Source: Octopus vulgaris (Eukaryota). Taken from it: a DNA stretch of 64,000 nucleotides. Of the stretch, positions 1 through 12,143 are shown piece by piece. Each line of letters begins with the position of its first letter. Position 1 is the stretch's first letter. The position numbers were made by a program, and so were the translations under genes. Where the stretch lies: NCBI GenBank assembly GCA_951406725.2, contig OX597822.1:52638001-52702000 (forward strand). Direction: 5' to 3'. The notes below the pieces were generated by a model. It had not been told where the DNA came from. It saw nothing but the letters and a program-made list of their open reading frames with translations, and made no database searches.

Positions 1-369
1 ATGATGAGAAGAAATTAATTCATTAAGTTTACCAAATTATATACGTCTGTAAAAAAAAAAAAAGTTTCACAAATTATATACGTTCGCGTTTGTGTAAAAA
101 AAATTATTAACCAAGTTTTATAAATTATTTACTTTGTTCAAAAAATATTATTAATATTAATTAATTTTCAAGAATTATTTAATTTATATAATTAATTCAT
201 TAATTTTATTCTGTAAAATAGTAATTAATTCATTTCTCTGTAAATCCGCGAGGAAAGCGACTATGTAATTTTTTTGTGTAAAATTGAAAATGTTATATAT
301 ACACACACACACACATATATATATTTTTAGTGAAATCCAACACCTTTTTGTTTTAGGGGGGGGGGGGGT

Positions 370-600
370 TTAACGCGTACGCGCGAATTCTGCACTGCGC
401 ATGCGCAAGTCACCTCGTAGGATCTCGAGTATCGAGTACCTACGTCTGGCGCGCGCGCGCGCGCGAATTCGCGTGTGCAAAACCGGGACCACGACAATTG
501 ACAAGTACCGGAATGCCTCTAGTGGGCGCGCGAGTTTTGTGTGTGTTACTAAAGAAAATAATGTGGTGGTAACGTAGTCCTCAACCATTATTATATGACG
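370..600. promoter_or_regulatory. CpG-rich promoter-like region with NRF1-type palindrome TGCGCATGCGCA (396-407)
   Basis: Densest CpG patch in an otherwise CpG-poor window, with a (GC)n run and an exact NRF1 consensus; lies upstream of the first clear PCCA exon. Confidence 0.6.
401..568 (+). CDS. PCCA: Tentative PCCA exon 1 (Arg-rich, targeting-peptide-like: MRKSPRRISSIEYLRLARARARIRVCK...ENNVV)
   Basis: 56 open codons from ATG 401 to a GTG|gtaacg donor in phase 0, compatible with the phase-0 exon at 8688. No homology support. Confidence 0.35.
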
Positions 601-1216
601 GTCTGTGATAAGATTTGTTTTTTATTTGAGGCTCTTTTACAAGACATTTTAACAAAATCAAACTAATACGTTATGAAATCGAATCTAGAACTTTATTGGA
701 AAATGAACTTGGCGGAGGTCTGGAATAGGTCGCCCACATAAGTTGCATTTTCTCTGTTTTGACGAGGATCTTTCAATCTTTTTTTTTCTCTCTCTCTATG
801 CTCTTCAAAATGATGTGGGCTAGGCTTTTTGTGAAAAAATTCTGAAAATCTATGATTTTTTTACCCCCACCCTCGGACCCTCAGGACGGATTTTTCAAAT
901 TTTTTTTTTGTCCTACACACTTAAAAACGATGGGGGAAGCACCTACTTTGTTTTTATTATTTAAAAAATTTTTGAAATCCATGAAAATCTATCATTTTGG
1001 AAGTTCCTCCACCCGCTGCCAACCTCACAACCATTATAATCTAAAAGCTGTAAAAGATCAAAGAAAATGCTGATGAAAATTTATACACTTAGATCGCTGA
1101 GAATTAGTCTGACAAAAAAAATAATTTTTAAATGTTTTTCACTTTGTAAAAATGACTGCCTTAGATTGACATAACATTGGGCACATTGTATATTAATTTC
1201 AATCACTTTTTAAAGT

Positions 1217-2345
1217 TATGAGGGTTGACTAAAAAATTCATAGTTTGACCAACATACTCTCAATGAATGTGACTCAAATGAGGTTTAGTTTTGACTAGGA
1301 AGTCTTTCTTTACTTTTCAACATAGTTCCCCTTGTGGTCCACATACTTCTATTGGTGTTGCAGTGCTTGGATCCCACTGGGAACGAATCTTTCATCCTGT
1401 TGGTCAAAAAAGTCATCAGCAGCAGACATGATACTGTGATACTGCTTCTAGCCAAGTGCTTTTTCATGTTGGGGGACAGATGATAGTCAGATGGGGTCAG
1501 GGTAATCAACCAGTTCAAGCACATAGCCATTGAAACCAAGAACTTGTGTGCTGAAGCATTGTCCTGATGAAACAAGGCACCTTCCATCAGTTTTCCTGGG
1601 TGTTTTGTCTTGATAACCTCTCATAACTGCCTCGACAAGTTGGCATGGTATTCTCCATTGGTCGTGTGGCCCTTCAAAAGATATAATGCCTTTTGCATCC
1701 CCAAAAAACTGATGCCTTCACCTTCCCTGCAGATGAAACAACCTTGGCCTTCTTTGGGGCAGGTGAGGAGCGGTGTTTCTGCTGCATGGATTGTCTCTTT
1801 GTCTTTGGCTCAAATGATGAACCCATCACTCATTCTGGGTTGGGAAACATTCAAGGAAACCAGCTGGATCTGCCTGACAATGTCAGATTTTCCTGTGATG
1901 TGATCAACCTGGTGCGCTTTTGATCAGGTGTTGAAAGACATGGCACCCACTGAGCAGAAAGCTTTGTCATGCCCAGATTGATTTTGCAGAGTATTTTCAA
2001 CTCTCTCACAGAATATTCTAATAGCATTGACTGTTTGATTTATACTTAATCACCTGTCATCCATCACCATGTGGTGAACATGATCAATGTTTTCTTTGGT
2101 GGTGGAAGCTGCATGACGTCCAGACCTTGCATCATCTTCGAGACTCTTTCCTTGCTAAATTCAATTATCCACTTTTGCACTGTTGACAAAGTTGGAGTGT
2201 CATTCCTTAATGTAGCAATGATGTCACCATGAATATCTTTGGAGACTAAACCCTTTTTCTGCAGCTACTTGATAACAGCATGATACCAAATTTTGAAGAG
2301 TTGTACCTGATTGATTTGGAAAATTGTTTTCCCAACTTATTTAAA
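1217..2345 (-). mobile_element. Decayed mariner (DD34D) transposon
   Basis: Minus-strand fragments LFHQDNASAH...PSDYHL...NMKKHL and WVHHLSQ/KRQSMQ; frameshifted. Confidence 0.85.
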
Positions 2346-2346
2346 T

Positions 2347-2349
<3 letters not shown>

Positions 2350-2384
<35 letters not shown>

Positions 2385-2397
2385 GCACGCACGCGCG

Positions 2398-2465
<68 letters not shown>
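2350..2465. repeat. (CA)n microsatellite with internal (CG)n
   Basis: Directly visible. Confidence 0.95.
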
Positions 2466-2468
<3 letters not shown>

Positions 2469-2469
2469 C

Positions 2470-2930
2470 ACAGGATGTAGAAGACAACTGGAGGTTTCTT
2501 CGGGACAACCTGCTGAGGGCCACTGACCAGATCTGTGGATGGTGCAAAGTCCCCTCTCGACCCAAAATAACATGGTGGTGGAACAATGTTGTTGACAGGG
2601 CTATTAGAGAAAAGAAACCGGCTTGGAAGGACTGGAAGAATGGTGGTAGCAGGGAATTGTATCAGACTGCTTGAAGGGGAGCTAGGAGACAGGTTTATTT
2701 AGCCAGAGGGGAAGCAGATAAGAAAAAATTTGCCAATGTTCTGCGCCGTGTAGACCAAAGGCTTGTGGTATTTCGTGTTGCAAGACAGTGTACGAGAGAG
2801 AATCATGATGTTGTAGTGCCACCGGCACGGGTATCACAACTATTATTTTCCATTTGATTTTTATTTTGATGTTGATATACTTGACTCAATAGGTCTCCTC
2901 AAGCACAGCAGGTTGCCCTACAATCCAAGG
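2470..2930 (+). mobile_element. RTE LINE fragment (ORF piece on +, joined to a 3'-end piece in the opposite orientation)
   Basis: 2650-2812 matches the minus-strand ORF at 47800-47984; 2815-2930 matches 46360-46470. Confidence 0.7.
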
Positions 2931-4233
2931 TAAACACTGGAAGAGAAATCAGAACTGAGGTTAAATGTTTGGCTAGAGTATAATGGTAAAAATACCAGGA
3001 AAGATCTGATGAGGATACATGTATGTCCATGAGTCGAATGAGTTTAGCTAAATGTGTAACTGAGTGAGTGCGTGACTTCTATATAGTTATGTGCATTTAC
3101 GCTAGTGAGTCAGTCTCGTACCTATTAGTAGATCAGTAGTTGTATATTCATGTGCAATTGTGCATTTGAATATGTGCATTATTATTATTATTACACTTTT
3201 TGTTTAGGCCTGCTGTATCTTTAAGCATGAACTCTCTAAGTCTATAGGCAGTGTGAGAAACTGTGACTTGTCTTACATTCTTTGTTAACATCCAAACTCA
3301 ATACTTATTAGACAATTTCTCGTATAAGCTTGATGCTTCTCTAGGCTGTGAAGAATTGTCTTGGGATATTAGTGGCAATTTACTTTCACTTTTTTTTTAG
3401 GAGATTAAACTGCATGTTAACTATAAGTTGATCCTAGTACTTGACTGGGTAATCCTTTGTTTTATGTATATATCATGGGAATCAGTGGAAGGAGACTTCT
3501 GAGCCACACCAGTCTTCATTTTGTAGAGTGATTGTTCCCATCTTATGAGAAGAGATTATCTGAAGTTCCTTACTTAATATACCATCTAGAGTTTGTATGT
3601 AAATTTGCAGTTTTAAGATTTACAAAACCAAGCCCATGTTTTACAGTGTGATGGTTTGGCAATTGTACTTTTCTATGTATGTAAAATGGTCTTTTGATAG
3701 ATACTTTATTTTAGTGAACACCCCTCCTCTTCCCTTGCCACATACATGAAAAATAAAAGGCAGAGTTGACCTCAGTGGAATTTGAACATTGAATGTGAAT
3801 TGCAATAACTAAACCTACAAAGCATTTTGTTTCTCTGACGTCTTAATGATTCTGCCAACCCAGTCTGTTTTGTATTATCCTAATTGATACGAGAGTGAAA
3901 GAATGGATGTTTTCTTCTGTTAACGTTACACCTCCAATGGTATTTAGATGGTATACCTTATTCTTTCTTCATAACAATGAGAGCGTGGATATGAAATTTA
4001 ATACTTTTCTTTTATATAGCTATCAAGATATTTTATCTTAATACAACCATCACTGAGTGAGGAAATGGAATTGTAGAAAGGTAATTTCTGTTAGCTACAT
4101 TGTCAAATATTTAAGGAATGTGTAAAGGTAGCCAGCAGTTTCTGAGCTTTAAGCTATCAGTTCGGATTGTGCTCTCTGTAACCAATGATTATTGTCATTC
4201 CTTTAGTTTGACCCCTTTTCTTTATATACCAAC

Positions 4234-4462
4234 CTATTTCTTTACTACCCACAAAGGGCTAAACACAGAGGGGACAAAGAAGGACAGACAAACGGATTAA
4301 ATCGATTATATCGACCCCAGTGCGTAACTGGTACTTATTTAATCGACCCCGAAAGGATGAAAGGCAAAGTCGACCTCGGTGGAATTTGAACTCAGAATGT
4401 AGCGGCAGACGAAATACAGCTACGCATTTCGCCCGGCGTGCTAACATTTCTGCCAGCTCGCC
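4234..4462 (-). mobile_element. tRNA-derived SINE family A (Meta-domain-like, OK-like), full copy with ~20-bp TSD
   Basis: B box GAGTTCAAATTCC; body GACTTTGCCTTTCATCCTTTCGGGGTCG; flanking duplication ttttctttatataccaacct. Confidence 0.85.
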
Positions 4463-5087
4463 TTTTCTTTATATACCAACCTGCCTGAGATTGCCCTGCT
4501 TTTTATGATAGAAATTTTGTTTTAAAGTAATCTAAATTGAAATCTTCCATCAGAATTTAATGTTTCACACATCAGCTTAATCCTTTAAGGCTGAGGATAA
4601 ATAGCAAAAAAGGGTAAACAATACAAGATGATAATCAAATATCTTATAATGCAAATGTGACTTATATACACTTGTTTTCTTCACAATTTAGCAGTGTGTC
4701 AATAAGCCACACCCATCCTCTGTGGAAGAAAGCATGTTGTGTCAATAAGCCATACCTGATCTTAAAGGGTTAATGATGACAAAGTAATTTTACCAAATCC
4801 TTCATGATTTTCAAAGTTAAGTGAAACAAAGGCAGTGTATTTAGAAAAAATAATGGTAACAAAAGGGTTCCTTCCATTTTACACAGATGAACACGATCGT
4901 CACTTTAGTGTAATCGTTAATACTGTCATTTGGCAGGCAATAATACATGGTTCAGGACCTGTCAGAAGACTTACTTTGAAAACCAATGAGGGAGCCTTGT
5001 TCATTCAACCTGCAAGAAATAGTAGCTAAGTCTTTCTCAAACCTCACACTATCATCTAAAATAAAAAGGATTACATTGAACAATATA

Positions 5088-5370
5088 AGGTGCATGGCCT
5101 AGTGGTTTAGGGTGTTGCACTCACAATTGCAAGATTATGGTTTCAGTTCCCAGGCTGATGGTGCATGGTGTTCTTGAGCCAAACATTTAATTTCACATTG
5201 CTCCAGTCTACTCAATTGTAAATGAGTAACCCTGTGATGCACTGGCTTTCTGTTCAGGGGTAATGTTGGCCTACCCGCCTTGCCAGTGGGGTGGCATCAT
5301 TCGAAAGCTACAACAGTGTGACAAAGCGCACTGTGACCAGTGGTATATAACAGTAGCCTAGTCACTACAG
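5088..5370 (+). mobile_element. Degenerate tRNA-derived SINE
   Basis: A box TGGCCTAGTGG, degenerate B box, ccctgtgatg segment similar to the 11168 element. Confidence 0.65.
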
Positions 5371-5504
5371 TGATATTGAACAATATATCTTATACGGGGT
5401 GGTTACTGCTGAAATAATGGTTTTGATCATAGACCTAACTGACCAGGTTGACATGCAGTCAAAAGAGTAGCAACACAGTTGGATGTCATTTGATTGAAAG
5501 AATG

Positions 5505-5935
5505 TGTAACAGGATGAGAGGTCCCCACACTGGATGGGTGCAGCTCGCATCCTTTACATTAAATATTAATCGAAGAAAGAGTCATGACTTCCGATTAACT
5601 TCAACAGTATAAATATTTATTTCTTGATTCGCAATATAAACATTTCCGCCCTCTGGACGAATCGGCAACCTAGGAGCTTGTCGGCAGTAAACAAGGGGAG
5701 TGAGTTAATCCTGCCCGTTCAAGCATAGCGGAGAGGCACCACGAGGTAGCAGCTCAAGAGAGCTGATGCAGACACGTCTGTCTTGTTCAGCTGCTGGCAT
5801 CCAAGAGGGTGATACCAGAGAATTTTGCTGCTGCTAGTTTTCTGCACATGCACATGAGGGAACTTCCGGCAGGCCTCCTGGAAGACTCCAAGCCTGCGCA
5901 TGCGTGCTGGAGATTTCCAAAATGGTATCACTACA
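5505..5935 (-). mobile_element. Solo LTR (gypsy-like, 431 bp)
   Basis: TGTA...TACA termini; 4-bp TSD aatg (5501-5504 and 5936-5939); AATAAA on the minus strand. Confidence 0.7.
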
Positions 5936-6584
5936 AATGTTTTTAACATAAAAATGGATGTAAAACTCTACTTGTTAGGATTTCAAAATACCATATCCTC
6001 ATCATGTGAGTTTTTTGCAGATGCAGATCTGACACTGAATGGACTGTTTTTTTTTTTCTTTTCCAAATTCTTAAATTTCTGCACCTTAGTCCTATGATGG
6101 TTTTATTTTGTCAGCTTGTTATTACATGTAGCAAGCAGTTGTAGCCAATACTATTTCTTAGATTAGTAAACAAAGCCTAAAACATTAGATTTCATTTTTT
6201 CCCATGCCATACAAACTTATCCAAACTAATGTTTGCTAATGCAGACCAACATTAATTCCCTCAGTCTGTTTTTTTATTTCTTTCTTTTTTACCTGTAGTT
6301 TGATTACTTGTTCTTTATACTCTAAGGGAGCTCTGAATGAGAAGACCTATGATGAAGGGTAGTCTGGTCATCTGATCATGACCATCAAGCCTTATTTTCA
6401 GATCTTGTGTTCTATTTTCAAAATAGCAGAGTATAATTTTAGGGAGATTTGACTGTTATTTTTAGCATGTTAAATGACCACATATATGTTCACATTGGTT
6501 TTTATTCTTTTTTTGTGTGTTAGTACTTGATAGTTGATTTGTCATTTGTTGAGATTAGTATTACCCCCCCCCCTCTAATATTGA

Positions 6585-7185
6585 GGTATGGCTATGTTTA
6601 AAGTGGCTGTACCACTCCTTGACCTGAATTTTGCCCATGGCATCATTGCCAAAGGCCTGCTGACTGTTCTGAATGGTTTGAGCTTGAGTATCGCCAAGCT
6701 TTTAGTAAAACTTCATGCAATATCTGTGCTCGATGTGTTCAGTGAAAACGAAAATCTGACGAATGTACACTCCATGTCTGTACTCTAGGCATAACAGCTG
6801 GGAACTGATGCAGCTTGCCAGCACAGAAATGTTCATGCATGTGCAAGAAGGGTAGCGGCGAGCTAGCAGAAACGTTAGCATGCCGGGTGAAATGCTTAGC
6901 GGTATTTCGTCTGCCGTTATGTTCTGAGTTCAAATTCCACCGAGGTCGACTTTACCTTTCATCCTTTCGGGGTCAATAAATGAAGTACCAGTTACACACT
7001 GGGGTCAATGTAATTGACTTAATCCCTTTGTCTCTCCTTGTTTGTCCCCTCTGTGTGTAGCCCCTTTTGGGCAGTACAGAAATAAGAAAGGTAGCATCAC
7101 TTCCCGCCCAAAGGATTTTGCTTGTGTGGCATTAGTTTTGGAAGGAAAAAAATGAAGTTGGATACATTTTGAATGTACCTTGTAT
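6585..7185 (-). mobile_element. Mariner 5' relic interrupted by a family A SINE (6853-7085, +)
   Basis: Minus-strand translation CMKFY*KLGDTQAQTI...KEWYSHFK; TIR-like end near 7180; SINE flanked by aagaa(g/a)ggtagc. Confidence 0.7.
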
Positions 7186-8687
7186 AACTGTTTGTAGGAA
7201 GAATAAGTCTGATTATATGGCAGTCCAGGTGGGTGGAATTCCAGAATGTTTCAGTTATGAGAAGTCAACTAATTAAAGTGAAAGTTTTCTTCTTTTACAA
7301 TTCCACTAACATCTTGTATTGTAGTTTAGTCAAGTACTGGAGCCTATATAGATTGACCCTAGTACATGACTGATACTTTACTGTATTGACTCATGAAGGA
7401 TGAAATTGCAAAGTTGACCTTAGCTTCATTTGACTGTCATTTTACTAGATTTTGGCTGCTATGTTTATGGAACAGTATAAGAGAAGCTCATAGAAATGGT
7501 ACTTGAGCACTCTAATATTCCTGACACACTGATAGCAATCGTTGCAAGTTCACTGTACAGAACTATGTAAGATCATTGCAGACATTAGAAAGGACATTGT
7601 GAATAGCAATATCATTTTGATTGGTTGTTTTGTGATGGCAATAAACTTAATAATGAATTTGATCCCTGAAATGGAGGGTAAAGAGAGAGAGAGAGAGTGA
7701 GTAGCTCAAATGCCTACACTAACAGTAGCCAGTGAGGGGAACTTCTATGCAGTGACATGATCTCTTTAAAATAAAAACCTCAATATTGTATTTGTCTAAT
7801 CCATGCTGATATGGAAAAATGGATGTAACAGTTACCAAAATTCATAGGTATTGTTCATTTGTTTTACATAGGTTAGATGAATACTTATTAAGCCATTGTT
7901 TTACAAATGGGTGCTGTTTCTGTTGTTAAATTTCATCTGCTTTTAAGTATGGGAGTTTTCAGTTCACTTGTCTTTGAAAGTGAAGAACTACTAAACAATT
8001 AGTTGACAGGTAAATATCACAAACATCATCTCCATCTGTAGCTCTACAATTTTTCATGCATAGTGCAGAATGTAAGCATTAACCACCCCCAACCCATCTT
8101 TGCATGGTAGGCTTTATACAGTTTGTTTTACTATATTAAATCACAAGGCATTGGTCAGCCTGTAGGTATAATACAAGACACTTGCTCAAGATGCTGTTGC
8201 AGTGGGACAGGATCTGAAACTATGTTGTTGTAAAGCAATCTTCTTAACCACACGGTCATGACTATGCACCTTTTTTTACACACTTACACACACATGCAAT
8301 ATGAGTAGGGAACCAACACTGCTGAATGACAACCGCTGACAGGAAGAGCTGAACTTCACATTGCAAACCAACAAAACACTTAGTTAATTTTAGTATGAGC
8401 AATACAGCCCTGTGGTACTTTTTTGTAGCTAAGTGGACTAGGGTTCAGGGAAATAATTATTTTTATTATTGATGCAATTAGGGGCTGATGACTTGCGAAC
8501 TATTGAACATTTTGTTGTTTGTCAGATGCTTTCTCATTTAAGTTGTCTATGGTTCAGATATCACTCTATTTTATATAAATTTCCTTTGATTCTTGATTTT
8601 GTTACTTCCATGATTTGTACTTTTTGATTTGAGCAGTTCTTTCTTGCTTTCTTCTCTGAATGTAGTTCTCTTGTTGAAATATTTCAG

Positions 8688-8786
8688 ATTTACAGAAACT
8701 CTACAAGATGCCTTTGCACCACAAATTCTGCATCTCAACTTTCCAAAGAGATCTATTGGAACGATGCATCTGACAAAAATGAAACG
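8688..8786 (+). CDS. PCCA: PCCA exon (IYRNSTRCLC...WNDASDKNET), end of transit peptide
   Basis: tttcag acceptor, gtgagt donor, 99 nt open, phase 0 into [12 protein letters not shown]; end resembles DPNEK-TFDK of animal PCCA. Confidence 0.7.
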
Positions 8787-10539
8787 GTGAGTATGGAAAT
8801 AAAATTTTGTTTTGTTGTCAACATTGTTCAAAGGATTACCAAATTCTTCCTACATAAACTTAATGTGGTTTAACATTTTTTCTCTCTATCTATAAACCTT
8901 AACTCTTTAGAGATGAACTCTGCTAATGCTGCTACACTACAGAAGGATGGAATCACTTTTACCAGGTACTAAAAGAATGGAGGCACTATGTAAAATTCTG
9001 TCACTCTGTATATCCTAAGAACTCTATTACAACATGTTCCTTAGAACATTTTCTCTTTAACTCAGTCCAAACAGATTTACAATTGTCCAAAATATTGTTA
9101 CAACACCATTTTAAGAACACTGTCTTTTCTTGCTGGCAGTTGACAATCAACTGCAAGCATGCCCCAAAACTCTGTCGGTGGGAAGGTGTGCCACCGACAG
9201 AGGGAGCAGTGGCCCCTCCCAGAAGGAGGAAAGATGAGTTTCTCATACACTTTCTGAAGGGAGGGGCGATAGATAGCTTCCTAGGGAAGCGAGAAGGCTT
9301 GACGGAGAGGACCTTACACTGGACCAAAGGCAGGAGTTGACCTTTGCAGGTGATAGCAAAGGTCATATTGGAGGTCAACATGTCCATGGTGTTGGGCTCC
9401 TTTACAAAGGACTTGTTTAAAGAACACTGTCTTTTCTGCTGAAACTAGATAAACACGCTGATATACACACACAAAGCATTGCAGTAATGTAAATAAATGC
9501 ATTACCAAATGACTATTTTATTGTAGTTTATCTTTAGGGACAGATTAAACAGAGAAAATGCATTATGTCCAGAGTAGATAGTATCATCTTCGACTCAGTG
9601 GAGATATGGTATATTTAGTGTATTTTATCTCTGAATGATGTAATTGTTTGGCTGACTATGTTCTGTAGCTTTTCATCATCATTTAACATTCAGTTTTCAG
9701 ATAGAATTTGTTGAGGTAGATTTTCTATGGCTTGGATGCCCTTCCTGTTGCCAATCCTCACCTGTTTCCAAGCAAGGTAATATTTCCTCATGGTTAGACA
9801 TGTTTTCACAGAAGACTAGACACAAACAACATGGCTTGCATGGCATTGATATTTATTTACGACCATCATGTGGTGTCAACACAAGGGAACACATACACAT
9901 GAGGTGGGGTGGGGGGCTTCTTTCATTTCTGCCTACCAAATCTAGTCTCAAGGCTTTGGTCAGCCTGGGCCTTTAGTAAAAGACATTTTCCCAAGGTGCC
10001 ACACACTAGGGATGAACTGAGACCACATAGTTGGGGAGCACACAACCATGCCTGTGCCTATTCTTAATGTTAATTGATCAAAACTAATCAATAATACCCT
10101 CCAAAATATAAATAATTTTTCCCTTTGTATGTATATCTTAGTTTTTGTTTTACTGCATGAAAAAGGCTTGATTCTGCTTCATTAAACAAATAGAAAATAA
10201 ATTCCATAGTTGTAGGAAGTTGTTTAAACAAATTTCTTCATGGTTTTAAAAATCTGTTTTGCTATTGTTTTTATTAATGCTATGAAAATTTCAATATAAA
10301 TTTACATAAATTACACTTCTAGATGCGAGCATGGCTGTGTAGTTAAGCAGTTCAATTCCCAATCATATGGTTTCAGGTTCAGTCCCACTTGCATGACACT
10401 TTAGCCAAGTGTTTTCTATTATGGCCCTGGACTGACCAAAGCCTTGTGAGTTGATGTGGTAGAGGAAACTGAATAAAGTCTGTTGTGTCTGTGTCTCTCT
10501 CCTTGTCTTGACATCATGCAATAATTAAAAATGATTTGC

Positions 10540-10745
10540 CAGCCTCGTCTGGCACCTGTGTTGGTGGCACGTAAAAAGCACCCACTACACTCACGGAGTG
10601 GTTGGCATTAGGAAGGGCATCCAGCTGTAGAAACACTGCCAGATCAGACTGGGCCTGGTGCAGCCTTCTGGCTTCCCAGACCCCAGTTGACCCGTCCAAC
10701 CCATGCTAGCATGGAGAACGGACGTTAAACGATGATGGTGATGAT
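10540..10745 (+). mobile_element. RTE 3'-end repeat (family C) with (GAT)n tail; more than 12 copies in the window
   Basis: GGAAGGGCATCCAGCTGTAGAAAC...CCATGCTAGCATGG...GTTAAACGATGATG; also at about 16143, 16865, 18705, 19256(-), 22470(-), 26680, 33820, 43870, 46120(-), 49585(-), 59875, 60048(-); contiguous with the RTE ORF at 46480. Confidence 0.85.
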
Positions 10746-10971
10746 GTTTACAAATTGTCATACAAGCAGAGTCCCTCGTTTCTTCCATTTCTCTCTAAGA
10801 TCATGTCCAGTCATGGGGAAATATAATCTTGCTCAGAAACAGATGATGATGGAAGACAGGAAGGACATCCAGCTGTAGAAAGTGTACGTCACCAAATTCT
10901 GTCTGACCCATGCAAATGGACTTTAAAATGATGATGATGATAACTATGATAAACAAATTTTTCTTTTACAG

Positions 10972-11088
10972 AAATTTGATAAAATTTTGATAGCAAACCG
11001 TGGTGAAATTGCTGTGAGAGTGATCAACACATGTCGTCGCTTGAACATCAAGACTGTGGCTGTTCACAGTGACATTGACTCAATGGCG
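10972..11088 (+). CDS. PCCA: PCCA exon, biotin carboxylase N-terminus ([17 protein letters not shown]...HSDIDSMA)
   Basis: ANRGEIA signature; ttttacag/gtaaaa; 117 nt. Confidence 0.95.
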
Positions 11089-11167
11089 GTAAAATGTTTT
11101 CTGCTTTTTTTTTTGTCCTTTCTTAACAATACATAGTATGTAAGATTATATTGTGTCCTGAAAAATT

Positions 11168-11436
11168 TTTTTGTTTCTTGTCAAGCCATGCCTGGGTATA
11201 GATTCCCCACCTGGATGGGACGCCGGTCCGTCACAGGTGAGCTGCAAGATGCAGGAGGAAAGAGTGAGAGAAAGTTGTGGCGAAAGAGTCGGCAGAAGTT
11301 CGCTATTATCTTCTGCCGGATCCATGTGGAGCTTAGGTGTTTCGCTCATAAACACACATTACCCGGTCTGAGATTCGAACCTGCGATCCCTCGACCATGA
11401 GTCCGCTGTTCTAACCACTAGGCCATGTGCCTCCAC
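11168..11436 (-). mobile_element. tRNA-derived SINE (OR-like) with 8-bp TSD gaaaaatt
   Basis: A box TGGCCTAGTGG and B box GGTTCGAATC on minus; second copy at about 17860-18148. Confidence 0.85.
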
Positions 11437-11727
11437 GAAAAATTGCATGTGATGAACTACTTAATCTGTCCAAAACAGATTTATCCCTTAGTTTTTGATT
11501 TTATAAAAACTGAAGTTAACTCTTTTGATACCAAACCACCTGAAACTGGCTGTGGCTGGTTGGTTGGTTTGTGAGTCAGATTTGTCAACTCTTATCCTTT
11601 TTGATACCAACCTGCCTAAAACCACCCTTGAGTCTATGATACAAATCTCTCATTTTAAAGTGATCAAAATTCAAACCTTTCTTCAAAATTTCATGCTGCA
11701 AACACCAGCTTAATAATGACAAATATT

Positions 11728-12120
11728 ACTTACTTGTATTTGTGGCGGCGTTCACCCAGGGCGGGTTGAACTGACTTTTTCTCTGGTCCCAGAATTCATA
11801 GAAGTTTCGTGGGAATATTGAATTCACAAGTGGTCCCTGACATCCTGCATGCATATCCCGAGTGACAGGACACCCTTTTTGCCGCAAAGTCTCCACACCA
11901 CAGGGACAGAATGACCTCGAAGCCGCCGGTTGCCGATCAGACACCTCTTGGAATTTTCACCAGAGCCCCGTTGGCCAGGCTGTGGCCCTAATACCACTCG
12001 GTGCCAGACCAATCCGCCTTGGGTGGCTCTACCAGGAGCCAAAGTTCCTGACGGCATAGCTCTGACACTGCCCGTTTACACCACCCTACCGCTTTGAGGA
12101 GGGGTTGGACTTTAGGTTAG
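11728..12120 (-). mobile_element. Short non-autonomous RTE-like retroelement with 15-bp TSD
   Basis: TSD ataatgacaaatatt; AAGTAAGT tail; GAGCTATGCC...GCCACCCAAGGCGGA resembles RTE/BovB 5' UTRs. Confidence 0.6.
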
Positions 12121-12143
12121 ATAATGACAAATATTTTACTAAA

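Noticed and set aside
513-568. ATG 513 (MPLVGARVLCVLLKKIMW) as PCCA exon 1
   Set aside because: The donor at 569 would be phase 2 and creates TGA with either acceptor near 8688/8696; would need an unseen intermediate exon.
9001-9387. 128-aa minus-strand ORF and overlapping 85-aa plus-strand ORF
   Set aside because: No recognisable domain; explained by the GC-rich structured insertion.
11340-11436. tRNA genes at A/B box motifs
   Set aside because: These are heads of multi-copy SINEs with bodies, tails and TSDs; no full cloverleaf.
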